Positions 45,291 to 59,217 are shown, counted from the first letter of the stretch. The stretch: DNA of 64,000 nt from Schizochytrium sp. TIO01 (GCA_004764695.1 SMSO01000031.1:8600761-8664760), one strand, 5' to 3'. Translations and numbers: made by a program. The notes: generated from the sequence alone by a model not told the origin.

Positions 45291-48200
45291 ACTAATCTTT
45301 CTTTCATAAGTAACTTCTATGCAAAAGATTTGCTTCGAACGAATGCACATTACCCTCAGACAGATCTTGGCACCAAGCCGCCGCAGCCGGTCCCAGAAAC
45401 CCGCTGCAAGCCCGAGGAGGCCGGCCAGCAAGGCTCGCGATGCCGCCGTCCTCTGCTTCTCCTCTGAGCCATGCTCCTCGGCCAGTGCCATCAATTCAAC
45501 ATCCGTCGCGTCAGTCAGTCATCCTCACGACTTCTTCTTCTTCTTCTGCTGCTGCACATTCGTTCATCATCAAAGGAAGGCGGGGCGCCATAGATCTCCA
45601 CAAATAGCATATTAATACACAGTATTCCGTGCGCTACCGATCTTAGGGTTTCCACTAGCCGCCTCTGGCCCTCCCCTCAGTCCCTTCTTTTGGAGCTAAC
45701 ATCGTTCTAAACAATGTCGTCATCAAATCAAATCAAATCAAATCAACGCGAATCAGATCAGATCAGATCAATTGAAGCATGATGCGAACCCACTAAGCAC
45801 ATATCCATTGTGGATCGTGCTGATCACAGGCCGCAACCGGTCATAGACGAGCGCATTCATTCATTCACTAATTCATTCATGGTTCATGAATTCATGAATT
45901 CATGAATTCATAACATCATCCAGTATCAGGGGAACTCGGGGAATTAACAGATCGCTCGCAGTCCGACGCTTCGGCGGGCAGATCCTGGCTCCTCCACTGG
46001 GGAGGCTCCTCACAAGTATTCCCGCAGCTTTCCATAGCTTCTATGGAGTACCACTGAAAGTTGTTCCCTCGAGCCAGGCGTTGAGTATCTCCTCTGAGGA
46101 ATTTTTATTGAAATTATTTTATTCTAATGTGAGAAGCTTCCACTGCGACTAAAAGCTGCAGAGCTAATTAGGTGAGGGTCAAGCAACATGTGAGAGGCAC
46201 GGGTTCCCCACTGGCCGCGAGTTCTTAGGAGCAGTAGCTTTGAAAGGGCAGCACAAAAAATAAAGGCGCGCACAAAAAAGGGAAAACAAAACAAAACAAA
46301 ACAACAAAACAATACAAAACAAAACAAAACAAAACAATACAATACAAAACAGAGGTCCATCGTCATTACCGCAAAGCCGTGAAAGCCGTGAAAGCCTGAA
46401 CAAAAGGCCCTCCGCCAGACCCATTTCGCGCCAAACCCTGCGGCGGAGAGAGCGACTTTGGGCCACGAAAGAACGAAGGAATGCACGAATATGTATATAA
46501 ATGAACGAATCACAAGAAAACAGCATTTCGCATTGCACTTTGGATTCACTCAGTCCTTCCTTCTTTCCTCTGCAGTCGTGATCGCTCTCTTTCTCTACTT
46601 AAACTTTGCCTTTGTTTCCTCATTTCGCCCTCTGAAGTCCTTTCTTTCTTGAAAGCTGTTCATTATCTGTGTATCTGTTGACGTATCTATGTATCTGTGT
46701 ATCTAAGCATATGTATGATACGATGGTTTTTGTAAAACTGATGATTCTGTCTGTTCATTCACTTTTGCGCCATAGAACTGTTTACGATAAACATTTTCTT
46801 TCTTTTTCAATTTTCAATTACTGTTTTACTGTATTACTGTATTACTGTATTACTGTATATATAATATGCAGAATTTTTATAATATAAAATACTGTTTTCA
46901 TATGAAGAAAGGAGAGGAAAAAGCTCTCAATTCTGCGATAGAGAATGTACGTCTGAGGCCTATTGTTTGCGGTAGATGGGCTTACCGCCGTCTGATCCCC
47001 CTCTTTAAGTAGGAGTAGCTTAAGAGGAGCTAGGATCCTGGTGGCCCAGCGATTTGTCGAACGAAGGGCCCCAAAAATCGATCCCAGGCCCACTTCAGGA
47101 CCTCTCGGGGCGCCAAAGCTCTGGGGAAGGCGCGGAAGCAGGGGAGGGCGGAGGCCTCCGCGCAGCCGCGTCGGGCCTTGAGCTGTCCTCGCGAGGTGCC
47201 CGTGCCAGGCCCGCTCGCAGGCGGCGGGAATCCCAGCTGAGGCTGCGATCGATCGCCAACTTCGTTTCTTTCTTTCTTTTCTTTCATTGAAAAAGAAAGA
47301 AAAGAAAGAAAAGAAAGAAAAGAAAGAAAGAAATATGACCACAGAGACAGAAGCAAACCAAAGCAGACAGAGAAAGATGTCGTTTATCTGTTTCCTTATC
47401 CTTTCCCTTTCACGGTGTTCGAACGATTGATCTGTCGTCAACCTACAGTTTATTAACGCCCACGATACCATCATCTTTAGAGAACTATGCTGAAAAAGCC
47501 AAAGTTTTGTTGTTTTGTTGTTGCTTTTCTGTTTTTGTTGTTTTTCCATTTACAAATCATCAAATCTTTCCGGATCCATATATTCCATATATTCCACATA
47601 TTCCATATCTGTTGAACTACAAACTAACAACGCCTGAGGAGAAAGAAGCCTTACCCCTCAATTACGGCCTACTATAGGAGTGGGGCCAATCCCCCCTTTC
47701 TTGAAAGAAGAATTAGGCGAGCAAAGGGGGGGGCTAGAGTAAAGGATATGAGGCGCATAGGGACTGGGGCCAGCGGTAGCTTTTAAAAAGTTAAATAAAA
47801 AATAACAGTGGAGGAGCGAAATTCAAATCGCAATCGAAGAAAAGAAACCAAAAGAAACCAAAAGAAACCAAAAGAAAGAGAGAAAGAGAGAAAGAAAAAG
47901 GAATAAATAAATAAAATAATAAACAAAATAATAAATAAATAATAAATAATAAATAAAGCAATCGATCGATTGATCCATCGATCGATCTTCGACTGTCGAT
48001 GACATCAATCTCGGCGGGCAATCCCGCAACACGTCTGGCACGGTCGCTCAGTACGCGTGCGCTGCAGCGGAGGACTCGCAGAGACAGGCAGGCAGACAGG
48101 CAGGCGGCAGGCAGGAAGGAAGGAAGGAAGCAGTCGGGACCCAGTCCGTCGCGAACCCGCCTCCTCCGTCCGAGTCCGTCCCAACAAGCGTCCATCAACT

Positions 48201-48431
48201 AGAGAAACCTGATCCTCGATCCTGCTCAGTCTTGAGCTCGACAGACCCCGAACACAGCTTTAGCGAGCTGGTGCCGCTGGTGCTGCGGCGGGTGGAACGT
48301 TGGCTTGTGTCGAATTAGCGGCAGGAGCTCTTTCTTGTTGGTTTGTTTCTTTGTTTGTCTGCGGCTTTGGGTTTGGCATCGCTGTAAGAGTTGTAGGACT
48401 TGCTTGATTGAATTGATTTGCGAAGGTCAAA

Positions 48432-50687
48432 ATGAGCGGCGTTGTTATGATGGGCAAGGCCCGCGCAGGAATGGCTGCTCGCAGAATCGGGGTTCGGAGT
48501 TTCTCTTCGAGGGCTGAACAGCTCGCGGAGTGGGAGAAGCTTGCCAAGAGCGAGCTCCGTGGAGAAGAGTTGTCCAAATTGACTCGAATGACCCCGGAAG
48601 GTATCCCAGTGAAGCCACTGTACACGGAGGAGGACATGAAAAATGTGGAGGAGCCCAGCCCGCCCGGTGTCTTCCCATACACCCGTGGACCTCGTGCTAC
48701 CATGTACACCCACCGCCCCTGGACTGTGCGTCAGTACGCTGGTTTCTCAACCGCCGAGGAGTCCAACAGATTCTATCGTGCCAACGTCGCTGCTGGTCAG
48801 CAGGGTCTTAGTGTTGCCTTCGATCTTGCCACTCACCGTGGCTATGACTCAGACCACCCTCGTGTCGTCGGTGATGTCGGTATGGCTGGTGTGGCTATTG
48901 ACTCTGTCGAGGACATGAAGGTTCTCTTTGACGGCATCCCTCTTGACAAAATGTCTGTCTCCATGACCATGAACGGTGCAGTCTTGCCAACCATGGCCTT
49001 CTACATCGTAGCTGCTGAAGAACAGGGCGTCGACGCCTCCAAGCTCTCCGGTACCATCCAGAACGATATCCTCAAGGAGTACATGGTGCGTAACACCTTT
49101 ATTTACCCCCCTGCGCCCTCCATGCGCTCCATCGCAGATATCTTCGGATACACCAACGTGCACATGCCCCGCTTCAACAGTGTCAGTATCTCAGGTTACC
49201 ACATGCAGGAGGCTGGCGCAGACTCAAAGCTCGAGCTTGCCTTCACCATTGCTGATGGTATGCAGTACGTCAAGACCGCCCGTGACGCCGGTCTAGATGT
49301 TGACAAGGTTGCCCCGCGTCTTAGTTTCTTCTTTGCCATCGGCATGAATTTCTACATGGAGATTGCCAAGCTCCGTGCTGCTCGTAAACTGTGGGCTCAC
49401 ATGATGCGTGACCGCATGGGTGCTAAGAACCCCAAGTCCTGGCTCTTGCGTACTCACTGTCAGACCTCTGGATACTCGCTCACCGAGCAGGATCCTTACA
49501 ACAACGTCATTCGTACTACCATCGAGGCCATGGCTGCCACCTTTGGTGGTACTCAGAGTCTCCACACTAACGCTCTTGATGAGGCCCTTGGTCTCCCCAC
49601 GGTCTTTTCTGCCCGTATTGCTCGTAACACCCAGCTCATCATCCAGGAGGAGACTGGTATGACCAACGTTGCTGACCCTTGGGGTGGATCTTACATGATT
49701 GAGAACCTCACCACCGACCTCTACAATGAGGCCATCAAGATTATTGATGAGGTCGAGGAGCTTGGTGGCATGGCCAAGGCCATTGACACCGGTATGCCGA
49801 AGCTCCGCATTGAGGAGTCTGCTGCCCGCAAGCAGGCCCGCGTCGACAGTGCCCAGGATGTTATTGTTGGTGTGAACAAGTATGTGCCCAAGGACGTGGA
49901 GGGTGTCGAGGTACTCAGTATTGATAACACCCAGGTCCGCAAATCCCAGATTGAGCGTGTCACAAGGCTTCGTGCTGAGCGTGACGAGGCCAAGGCCCAG
50001 GCGGCTCTTGACAAGCTCACCGAGAGTGCTGCTCTTACCGAGTCCACCTCTGCGGGTGACCACCCCATGAACCTTTTGAACCTCGCTGTTGAAGCTGCTC
50101 GTGTACGCTGTACCCTCGGAGAGATTTCCTCTGCACTCGAGAAGGTGTGGGGCCGCTATGTCCCGAACTCGAGTGTTGTGCAGGGTGCCTACCGTTCCGA
50201 ATACGCGCTTACCGAGGGCCAGATGGCCAAGGAATTCGACGATGCTGTCGCCAAGGTTGAAGAGTTTGCCAACGAGCATGGTCGTCGCCCGCGTCTCTTG
50301 GTCGCTAAGATGGGCCAGGACGGTCACGACCGTGGTGGCAAGATTATTGCTAGTGGATTCTCTGACCTTGGTTGGGATGTTGATGTTTCCCCTCTCTTCT
50401 CTACCCCGGAGGAAATTGCTTCCCAGGCCATTGATGCTGATGTGCACGTCGTGGGCATGAGCTCTCAGGCTGCTGGTCACAAGACTCTTGGCCCTCAGCT
50501 TGTTGAGGCCCTCAAGGCACGGGGTGCTGACCACATCTTGGTCTGTGCTGGTGGTGTGATTCCGCCCAAGGATTACGACTACCTCTACGAGCGTGGCATC
50601 TGTGCCATTTTCGGCCCCGGCACCCGTATCCCAGTGGCCAGCACCAACATCATCAAGCAGATTGACCAGGCCAACAACAAGACTTAA
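48432..50687 (+). CDS. MUT: Methylmalonyl-CoA mutase, adenosylcobalamin-dependent, mitochondrial
   Basis: Arg-rich presequence; [86 protein letters not shown]12-binding [10 protein letters not shown] (DxHxxG). Intronless with strong codon bias. Confidence 0.99.
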   Translation: MSGVVMMGKARAGMAARRIGVRSFSSRAEQLAEWEKLAKSELRGEELSKLTRMTPEGIPVKPLYTEEDMKNVEEPSPPGVFPYTRGPRATMYTHRPWTVRQYAGFSTAEESNRFYRANVAAGQQGLSVAFDLATHRGYDSDHPRVVGDVGMAGVAIDSVEDMKVLFDGIPLDKMSVSMTMNGAVLPTMAFYIVAAEEQGVDASKLSGTIQNDILKEYMVRNTFIYPPAPSMRSIADIFGYTNVHMPRFNSVSISGYHMQEAGADSKLELAFTIADGMQYVKTARDAGLDVDKVAPRLSFFFAIGMNFYMEIAKLRAARKLWAHMMRDRMGAKNPKSWLLRTHCQTSGYSLTEQDPYNNVIRTTIEAMAATFGGTQSLHTNALDEALGLPTVFSARIARNTQLIIQEETGMTNVADPWGGSYMIENLTTDLYNEAIKIIDEVEELGGMAKAIDTGMPKLRIEESAARKQARVDSAQDVIVGVNKYVPKDVEGVEVLSIDNTQVRKSQIERVTRLRAERDEAKAQAALDKLTESAALTESTSAGDHPMNLLNLAVEAARVRCTLGEISSALEKVWGRYVPNSSVVQGAYRSEYALTEGQMAKEFDDAVAKVEEFANEHGRRPRLLVAKMGQDGHDRGGKIIASGFSDLGWDVDVSPLFSTPEEIASQAIDADVHVVGMSSQAAGHKTLGPQLVEALKARGADHILVCAGGVIPPKDYDYLYERGICAIFGPGTRIPVASTNIIKQIDQANNKT

Positions 50688-53560
50688 GTTCTCTTTGCTT
50701 TCCCTTTGCCTTTGCGAAGTCTTAGAGGGTAGCAAAGTTAAGTACTTTGCATTCTCGCAACTCGCACGAAATTGGCGGTGTTCTTCAAAACGCTTTTACC
50801 TTTCACATATCCGACTTCTGTTCTTTTACCTTTGGTTTTTGTGGGGTGTGAACACCCGTATACTCCTCTGGCGGGGGCCACCATCCAGACATTCTTCCTC
50901 AAGATTTCACCGTATGGTCTCCCTCAAACTCTTTAAGTCGTAGATTAGAACTAACAACGACGAGGAGTTATCTCTAATTAAAGAAATCATAATACCATTC
51001 ATATACACTATATCCTATTCTAAAAAGAAAACCTAGTTTCATGTTTCTTTTTGGCATTACTACCTATTTTCTCAGTCGGCATGACTTCATTAACTCTGCA
51101 AGAATGCACTTCCTTCTCTGGAATGAAAATCAGCACGATACACCAGCTGAATACGGTTTACAGGGTGCTTTGTACAATGGTCATTTGTGAAGTTTCATAG
51201 ACCCAGCCAAGCCACGAAGTTAGCAAAGGCTAATAGAAATATATTAGATTGAACGAGTACCGTGACGACTTGGCATAAACTGGTATCTTTCTAACCTTTG
51301 TCTGACTACTCTACGAACTGGATCGGGTTACGTAGCGCGTTTCCGGGGATTGCTGGTATTACAAGTATTATGTGTTGGCTCCTGATGAAACAAACATTCG
51401 ACGTTTAGTTCTGAAATAGTGATTAATGGAGCAAATAGAGTACAAAACGGTGTTTTAACTGGGCTTGCGACAAATCAAAAGAAAATGTGAAGAAACCACT
51501 ATTTTAGATGCCGAAAATGGGAAAATGGGGTACCTGCGAACGAAGAAAGAACCACTCTGGCATACCGAGAGTAAGTCGAACCCCGAGTTCCATTGCGGGG
51601 TGTACTGAATAACCTTAAATCTTAGCGATTACTCGCGTTTCTATGTTTTCACGATTGATAGCTTAGATGTAATTCATGAATATGTCTTACTTGACCAAAA
51701 CCTTCGAGCCAGCACATTTGGGATTGCCATACAACCTTGATGTTTAAGCGATTCAATTTTTCAACCCTGTACTCAAGTTGTGCACTTATGCGTTCAGAAA
51801 TACCCGACATTAGCTAAGCAGATGTTCGTTCAATCATACAAGCTTGCGACCTTTCACGGCGGCGGAGGTTGCAAAAGTTCTGCATTTGGCCATGTATGGG
51901 TTTAAGATCAATAGTAGTGTTGTCACTGTCAGCCAAAACACATGCTGGATGAGTTACCGACATCAATGCTAACAACACACGTAAAGTTTGTGTTCAATGG
52001 TCGGGTTCCGACAACATAAGAACCCTAACTTGGGATCATGAAGACGTTTCTAAGTTATTTTAAAATGAAGTGATGGCGAATGCGCTAAGAGTGATAAAAA
52101 TCATTCATCGTAACGCCAACCAAGAGCGACCAGGGCCAAGAAGACGATAGCATTTGTCTATGTCTATGTAATGTTCATAATGTCGGTGATAAATGCTGTT
52201 AGGCTTTGCGCCGGCGCTAGAGTTGTTGAATTATTAACCTTAGGGCTACACTTTCATGTTTGTGGTTTGTGTTTCGTTTCTCGCGATCAAGACTCTGTGA
52301 TTCACCTTGCAATGGATGTCAACTTGCGAATGGTATGCGAAATCTATCTATTCTGGTAAACTTAATTTTCTCAATAAATATAACTGTTAAAAAAGGAATA
52401 AATTAAGTATTAGCTATGTATATTGTGTAACAAGTGAGCTTGATAAGATGAGACTGAGTAGTAAGTAACCATTTCTATCCGAGTGGTATCGGAGGTCTAG
52501 TTGTACAATCTACATCAACACCACTGTTAAAAGACGTGTAAATAATGCTGTCGAATCTACTGATGGTAAAGGCATATCTAAAGATAGTGTCGCTAAAGTA
52601 GACGCACCAAAGAATCTAAGGAGGGGGAGGGAACACTGTTGTAGGCGAAGTTCGCACTCGTAACAGTACTCGCGACAGAAACCTCCCTATGACCAAGCCG
52701 ACGTATAATAAGCGTAAAACATTTGATGCCAACAAAGACGAAGGTCAGATAAATAGGTTCGAATTCGCGCGATTTGTAAAGTGTTCAACAGTCGAACCGC
52801 TGTATTGACCCTGATGGAGCTTTTCAACGAAAACATCGCTGTCACTAGTTCTCCACAACCAAATAGTTAACAATTTGGATGGATGTCACACCGTTGGTAA
52901 TCTGTCACTCGGCTTTACCCGCGATGTGCTACAGCCGCGCGTTTGGAATGTTCTATGGAAAATTATGAATAATTCTCCTCTTGAGATTTTATAAAGATGA
53001 CCTTGCTGAGGGGGGAGGGGGCGGAGTGAGTATGTATTCTCCCCCCACTTATCCCTTTTGATCAGCACCGTTGAAATGTATGCAAAATAGACAACAAAAT
53101 CAATTCGAAATCAGACACACGTTGTACAAAGGGGTATATAGGGGAGATAGACGGAATCAGACAGACATATAGACATGAGGCGAATTACAGGCAGGCATGC
53201 GAAGAGAACGTGCACGAAGAGCAGATGCTCGTCTATTGATGAGATCTTGAGGGTGGGGAAATCCAGACATGAAGGTTATCTTGGGCCACAATGTTCATGA
53301 ACATTGACAGCAGTTGCGTTGAGTGCATAGGAAAGGTTGTGCTATGAGCTCCCATTTACTTATTGGAAAAGCAATACTCTCAGGTTTATGGTCACAACTC
53401 TAATCGTAGTATGAGAGTTTGTCAGGAAAGAAGAATTGCCATGGATTGGGTTCTCAGGTATATATATAGCTCTGCAGAAGTTAGCTTTGGTAATTCCGGA
53501 AATGATATCCAAACATGTCAAAGAAGGGTAACAGGAATGACAAATGTCGCGGTGAGCGCT

Positions 53561-54505
53561 TTAGACCTGCACCAAGGTGAGGCCGCCATTACGCTTGCGC
53601 AACCGGCAGACATCTTGTGCAGCAGCCTTCGTATCCGCGTGCTTAGGACCGCAGAGGCGAAGAGTAATGAGGAAGCACTGCTCAGCATGATCCAAGGCGT
53701 CAATGTAATCAGGCTGAGGGCCGTCCTCGAGCAGATGAACCAGCCCTTGGTGGGCACGAGCTTGTCCAACCTGGTCATCGAGGGTTGCGCGGATAATCAG
53801 AACATGTTCGTAGATTTCTCGAGCACGCTCAGCACAAGCAATTGCCTCCTCAATGGACTGGTGAAGCTCAAAGCCACCAATGGCCAGAGCGCTGGCCTTG
53901 TCGCTCCAAACCTGAGCATATGTGTTGAGAATGCGAGCATGCTGGGAGGAGGTCTCGCCATGAGATTGAAGGGCGCGTGAGACACTTGCGTCAAGAGCCT
54001 CGAGGGCCTCGTCAAAGTTGCCCTCCTGCAGCAGTGCAATTGTGTGCTTGTCAAGGCCGCGCTTTTTCACGGGAACGTTGAGAAAGTCACCTTTATGGAA
54101 CTGCGATCCGCGGATTGTCTGCAGCAGGCGAAGGCGGAATTTGCTCTTTCCGCTTGGCCGATCAAAAGCAAAAGGGATCTCCTTGTTCTTGTTTTTGGCA
54201 CTGCTCTCGTAATTTGAAGAACTTGAGGAGGAGCTGCTGCTACCGCTGCTGCTATGGTGGCTGCTGAGTACTTTGCTAATGCGAAGCATGGAGGAAAATC
54301 CGCGTTTCAATGAAGTGCGCATGTGAAGCATATTGCTTTGTGGCCTTTTGACGAGGCGTTTTTCCACGTCGCCCTGCTTGCTGGCATGTCCATTCTCCAA
54401 ATCAATCTGGTTACGTTCTCGCAGCTCTTCAGACATGGCATTTCGCACCATTCTGCGCTGCATGTGGCCAAATTCGGGACCTAGTGGGATGTCCATCTTT
54501 GTCAA
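53561..54505 (-). CDS. TPR-repeat protein (kinesin-light-chain-like TPRs); first ATG at 54496
   Basis: EGNFDEALEAL...ALQSHGETSSQHARILNTYAQVW; ALDHAEQCFLITLRLCGPKHADTKAA; disordered Ser-rich N-terminal half. Confidence 0.82.
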   Translation of the reverse strand: MTKMDIPLGPEFGHMQRRMVRNAMSEELRERNQIDLENGHASKQGDVEKRLVKRPQSNMLHMRTSLKRGFSSMLRISKVLSSHHSSSGSSSSSSSSSNYESSAKNKNKEIPFAFDRPSGKSKFRLRLLQTIRGSQFHKGDFLNVPVKKRGLDKHTIALLQEGNFDEALEALDASVSRALQSHGETSSQHARILNTYAQVWSDKASALAIGGFELHQSIEEAIACAERAREIYEHVLIIRATLDDQVGQARAHQGLVHLLEDGPQPDYIDALDHAEQCFLITLRLCGPKHADTKAAAQDVCRLRKRNGGLTLVQV

Positions 54506-56391
54506 AGCTTTCTTCTCAGGGAGTGAAAGCGGGGTGGCGGGGTTGGGGAGTTAAGGTTTTGCTTTTCCTCCAATTTCTTGCTCGCTTGCTCCGGCTGCTG
54601 TTCTTTTTTCACAGGTGAGTAATTAATTACTTAATCGATCAATTAATTTTAATCGAATTTTAATCAATTAACTTAAATGAAAATTAATCGCCCTCGTAAA
54701 TAAACAAACTCCCCTGCTGCGATAATTCCACTTCTGCTGCTGCTGCTGCTGCTTCAACAACCGCCTTCCTCTGGCTGCGTTGACGTCGCTTTCCACCACC
54801 GCGACCAAGACCACCTCGAGTATGTAGCAGCAGACCTCCCTCCCTCCGTCTGAGAAAGAAAGAACCCGCTTGGATCAATTGGAACGAGCGATAGAGACGG
54901 CTCCGAGACCCTCAGAGGTGCACCTCAACTATCTAACTAACCCCCTCCGCTCTGACTACTATCTACTTCGCAATCCGGTTGTCGCTCGAGTCAGTTGACT
55001 CGCTTCTCTGCCGAGTCGAGTCAAGTCGAGTGGAGTCGAGTGCAGTCGAGTGCAGTCGCGACGCAGTGCAGTTCAACGTGGAGCTCGCCGTCGAGTTAAG
55101 GTTCTGCTGGCCCCGGGTCTTCTCAAAGCTTGCGAGTGCGGTCTATGTTCTGTTCTTCTTCTTCTTTCTTCTTTGGGACGGACGCGGTCCTAGGCGAGCG
55201 TAGCGCAGACCCTACGAAAGGCATGCTTGAGAGAGGAAAGAACGAACGGCGCCAATGCAATCAATGAATGCAATGAATGCAATGAACGCAATGAATGCAA
55301 TGCTGTTCTGTTCTTATACTTCGAGTTCTTTGAACTTGGTCAAAAAGAAAAAGAAAAGAAAAGAGAAAAGAAAAGCACAGATCCTCTGAGAACAGAACAG
55401 AACAAAACAAAAGTGTTCTTCAAAACTCGGCAAAGGAACTCAAGTTTGACAAGTTCTGCCAAGAAAGCGAGCTCCTGCCACGAAACCAACCAACCAACCA
55501 ACCAACCACCCGCTCGCCTGCCTGTGCCTGTGCCTCCGTCGCTCGCTCGCTCGCTCGCTCTCTGTCTCTGCGCTGGGCGGGGGCGGTCTCGGGCGGATTG
55601 CGGGCGAGGGAGCCTTCTTTTGGAAAGCTCGTTCCCCTTTGATTATTAGTTTACAATCACATCTCTGCAAACCTTTCTTTTTTATTTTATTTTTAATTTT
55701 GAAAATATAACTTTTCAAAATAAGTTTGAACAAATTGAAAATAACCCGAAATAAAGTAACACAATTAATTAATCATACTAACTAAGATCCTTTGTTGGCA
55801 ATTGAGGACTCTCTTTCAGGACGTTCTCATCTTCGAAGCCCAGAACCCTCGAGAAAAGAACGCTCCGGCGAATAATGGCGATACGAAGAGGCTCTTTCTT
55901 TCTTGTGCATGCACCTGCTTTGCCCTGTCTTCGCGTGTCCTGCCTGGCCAGGGATTCCGAAGAAGCCACGTTAACATCATCATTGGTGATTTCCTCATCG
56001 GCACAGCGGCGACTGTGCAAAGGGATTTATTTACTTCATTCGCGTGCATTGAAGAAGCGGCTTGGGCCCAATGACGGTGAGATAGATCGAAGCTGTTCTT
56101 TCCTCGCGTAATTATTTATTTTTACCGTCGTTTTCAATCTTTCTTTCTTTCTTTCTTTCTTCTTCTTCTTCTTCTGTGTCGTAATATCTTCTTTCTTCTC
56201 CTAATCTCCTTTCTTTTCTTGTTTTGGTTCTGTTCTTTCTTTCTACGCTTCTTTCTTTCTTCTTTCTTTCCTTTTTGGCAGAAGTGCCCTCTTTCTTCTT
56301 TCCCATTAAAAAGCGGAAGAAGCCGCTTCTTCCTCCTTTGCTACTGCGCGCGTCGCCCTTCTTTCTCTCTCTTAAAGAGGGACACTCAACT

Positions 56392-56392
56392 C

Positions 56393-56440
<48 letters not shown>
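56392..56440. repeat. (GA)n microsatellite
   Basis: Direct reading. Confidence 0.95.
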
Positions 56441-56442
<2 letters not shown>

Positions 56443-57157
56443 AGTTCAAACCTTTTTTGCTGTTAGGATGAGTTTTAATGGATGATTGAACAACAAATTG
56501 CAAATGACGTCTTTTCGTTTAGTTTCCTCCCTTTCCTTTCCTTTCCTTTCCTCCTCTCTTTGATACCGATACTCAGAACTTGCTTGAATCTTTCGAGACG
56601 CAGATGGCGCCATGAAGAAACACGCGCCGTCTGTCGCCACCTGCTTTACTGTGATCCTTCTGCACGACACGACACCCTCTCGTCCGCAAATGCAATCAAT
56701 GGGTATCAGTAAATCAATCATCAGAACTTTCATATCTGTAAACTGATCTACCACGTCCAAGTGAGTGATTATTTGGGACCTCCATGAATAAGTTGATGAA
56801 CAAATTGAAGGAATTGATGAGTTTCCACTTTCGCTTTCATGGTTGATTTGAGAGAATGTCGGAAACTTTGCAAGTTGCAATTTTATGAAAAGCGCTCCAA
56901 ACGGCACGTCCTTTCCCTCTTTGCTCTCGCTTGCAGCTGTAGGTCAATGGATCAACTGATTGATTCATTGACAAAGCGTTGTGCTCCCCTTCGCAGCTAT
57001 TTTCACGAATCATAACTAACACCCATCACGAAACCAGAAGAGAGCACTCACCAAAGGAGGCCAAGAAACTTGAAACTCAGCAATTGTCTTAGCTATATTT
57101 ACTAACTTGCACACTCATCAATCAAACCTGTCAACAGCCATTCTTAGAGGAAAGCCA

Positions 57158-57162
57158 ATAAA

Positions 57163-57215
<53 letters not shown>

Positions 57216-57218
57216 ATA
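57158..57218. repeat. (AAAT)n microsatellite
   Basis: Direct reading. Confidence 0.95.
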
Positions 57219-57628
57219 GACAAATAAACCTCAGGAGCCCAAAGCAATGACATTGCACCCGCCAAAAGCAGCCGCTTCAAGCCCAAAACTTCGGCCAAAG
57301 CTTAACCAATATGCAACAGCGCAATGCCTTCGCACATTCGCAAAACCTGGGTACGCGCTTTATGAAACACCCCCCGAAGCGATCAATCCGTCAAGAACAA
57401 CGAGTTCACGGTCCCTCTCCAGAAACCACAAATGTGTTGCCTCAGAGGCTTTTGCTTGTTTTCAGTGAGCCGGAGCCACAGTTCATCGCCACCAACACCT
57501 CGAGCTTCGCAGTTGACAACGATCGCCCTTCTCGATCACTCACCACCACAGACAAGCAAGCAAGCAAGCAAGCAAGTAGCCAACCTCCTCGCTCGCGTGC
57601 ACAAACACAGATCTTCGACGGCGTGCAA

Positions 57629-57857
57629 CAAACAAACAAACAAACAAACAAACAAACAAACAAACAAACAAACAAACAAACAAACAAACAAACAAACAAA
57701 CAAACAAACAAACAAACAAACAAACAAACAAACAAACAAACAAACAAACAAACAAACAAACAAACAAACAAACAAACAAACAAACAAACAAACAAACAAA
57801 CAAACAAACAAACAAACAAACAAACAAACAAACAAACAAACAAACAAACAAACAAAC
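57629..57857. repeat. (CAAA)n microsatellite, ~57 units
   Basis: Direct reading; explains the QTNK/VCLF ORFs. Confidence 0.99.
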
Positions 57858-59217
57858 ACAGCGCACAGCTCGCTCCAAATCCGAGTCTCGCGATGACGAG
57901 GAGGAGGCCGTTCACAACTCCGTTGTCGCCACCTTCGATCAACACACCTCAACTCAGTCAGTCAGCTCTCCGCTGAAGTGCAAGTACACACCCTCCCACA
58001 GATGTGCTCATGTGCAAGCAATTCGAAGATCGATTGGACACATCCATACACATCTGGGGGAAAGCAAGAAAGCAGGAGGAGACATCATCGCGATACACCC
58101 ACGTCGATGCAAGGCTCGTGGATTGTGGCCCTCGATGGTGGAAGGACAGGCCAATGAGCACCAAGAGTAGCTCAGATTGAGCACCTCGGGTTCTTGATTT
58201 CACGTTCGCCTTGTTCTTTCTTTCGCCACCTATTGCAGAACGCCTTTTAAGGTTTTTAGTCGATCGTCTCATTACTGTCGCTCAGTTTCATCTTTTTCAA
58301 GAAACCATTACCATTACTATTGCTATTTAAAGAGCTTTTACAATGTTTTAAAAACAAATTAGTTTTTAGTTTTGCGGAAAGCGCCGACCGAACCCTCATC
58401 TACGAGCGCATTGCGAACAGTTGCGAACAGTTTTTTCTTCACCTTTTCTTCATCCGCCTATTAAAACTTCCTTCGTGCCTGTTCTTTTCTGCTTTCTCGC
58501 AACGAGCTAGCTACCGAGTACTACCGTAAACTATAGCCGGTGCTGATGTTCCGACGCCTTTCCCTTTTCCTTTTTCTTTTTCTTTTTGGCTTTTACTACA
58601 CCGTGACAAGAACAAATAAATAAACTAATAAACTAATTTAATTTAATTTAATTTAATTAATATACTTCAAGGTCTCCATGAAATGTGCATTCGCAGTAAT
58701 AGAGAACTAACTCCAAGCTTGATCTGGGTCTCTTCGATTCTAAGCCTGCCAATGCGTATCGGCCTTCAGCAGAAACCCAAGTTCATCCTGATTCGAGGTC
58801 TCAGAACGAATCAAAGCATCTCTCTGTGACTCGCTTTCCGAATGAATGAATGTATGAATGAGCGAATGAAATGAAATGCTCTGGGAACTTGTGACCTTTA
58901 GTGTTCTCCTTGGGTAAAGCGTACCTACTAGTAGAAGGCCTGAGCTCAGCAATCATGGCAAAAGACTTCTTCCAGACCCGGAAAACAGACAGTGCGGCCC
59001 ATCGGTAGACTAAACGTTAAGTGGGCACTATAGACCCTGGGGTTGGTTGTCCTGTTCCTCAATGGAACGGAGTTTCTTTCTATCATTTATTTTTCAAGTC
59101 CTTTTTTGTTCAAATTGAAGGTTTTTTTTAATTTTTAAAAGTAGTAATGAATATGTTTCAAGTTTATTCATTTTCTTTGGAGCTTGAATCGAAGCTCGAA
59201 GTTTGAAATCGTTACGC

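Noticed and set aside
45920-46085. Cobalamin riboswitch upstream of MUT (GGGAA, CCACTG, GAGCCAG fragments)
   Set aside because: Over 2 kb from the start; fragments could not be arranged into the conserved helices or B12 box. A cmsearch with the Rfam Cobalamin model would settle it.
49293-50735. 480-aa minus-strand ORF
   Set aside because: Antisense shadow of MUT caused by codon bias; no recognisable domain.
52755-52772. GGTTCGAATTC T-loop-like motif suggesting a tRNA
   Set aside because: No acceptor, D or anticodon stems can be formed.
53363-53980. 205-aa plus-strand ORF
   Set aside because: Antisense shadow of the TPR gene.
57311-57976. QTNK/VCLF repeat ORFs up to 221 aa
   Set aside because: Artefacts of the (CAAA)n tract.
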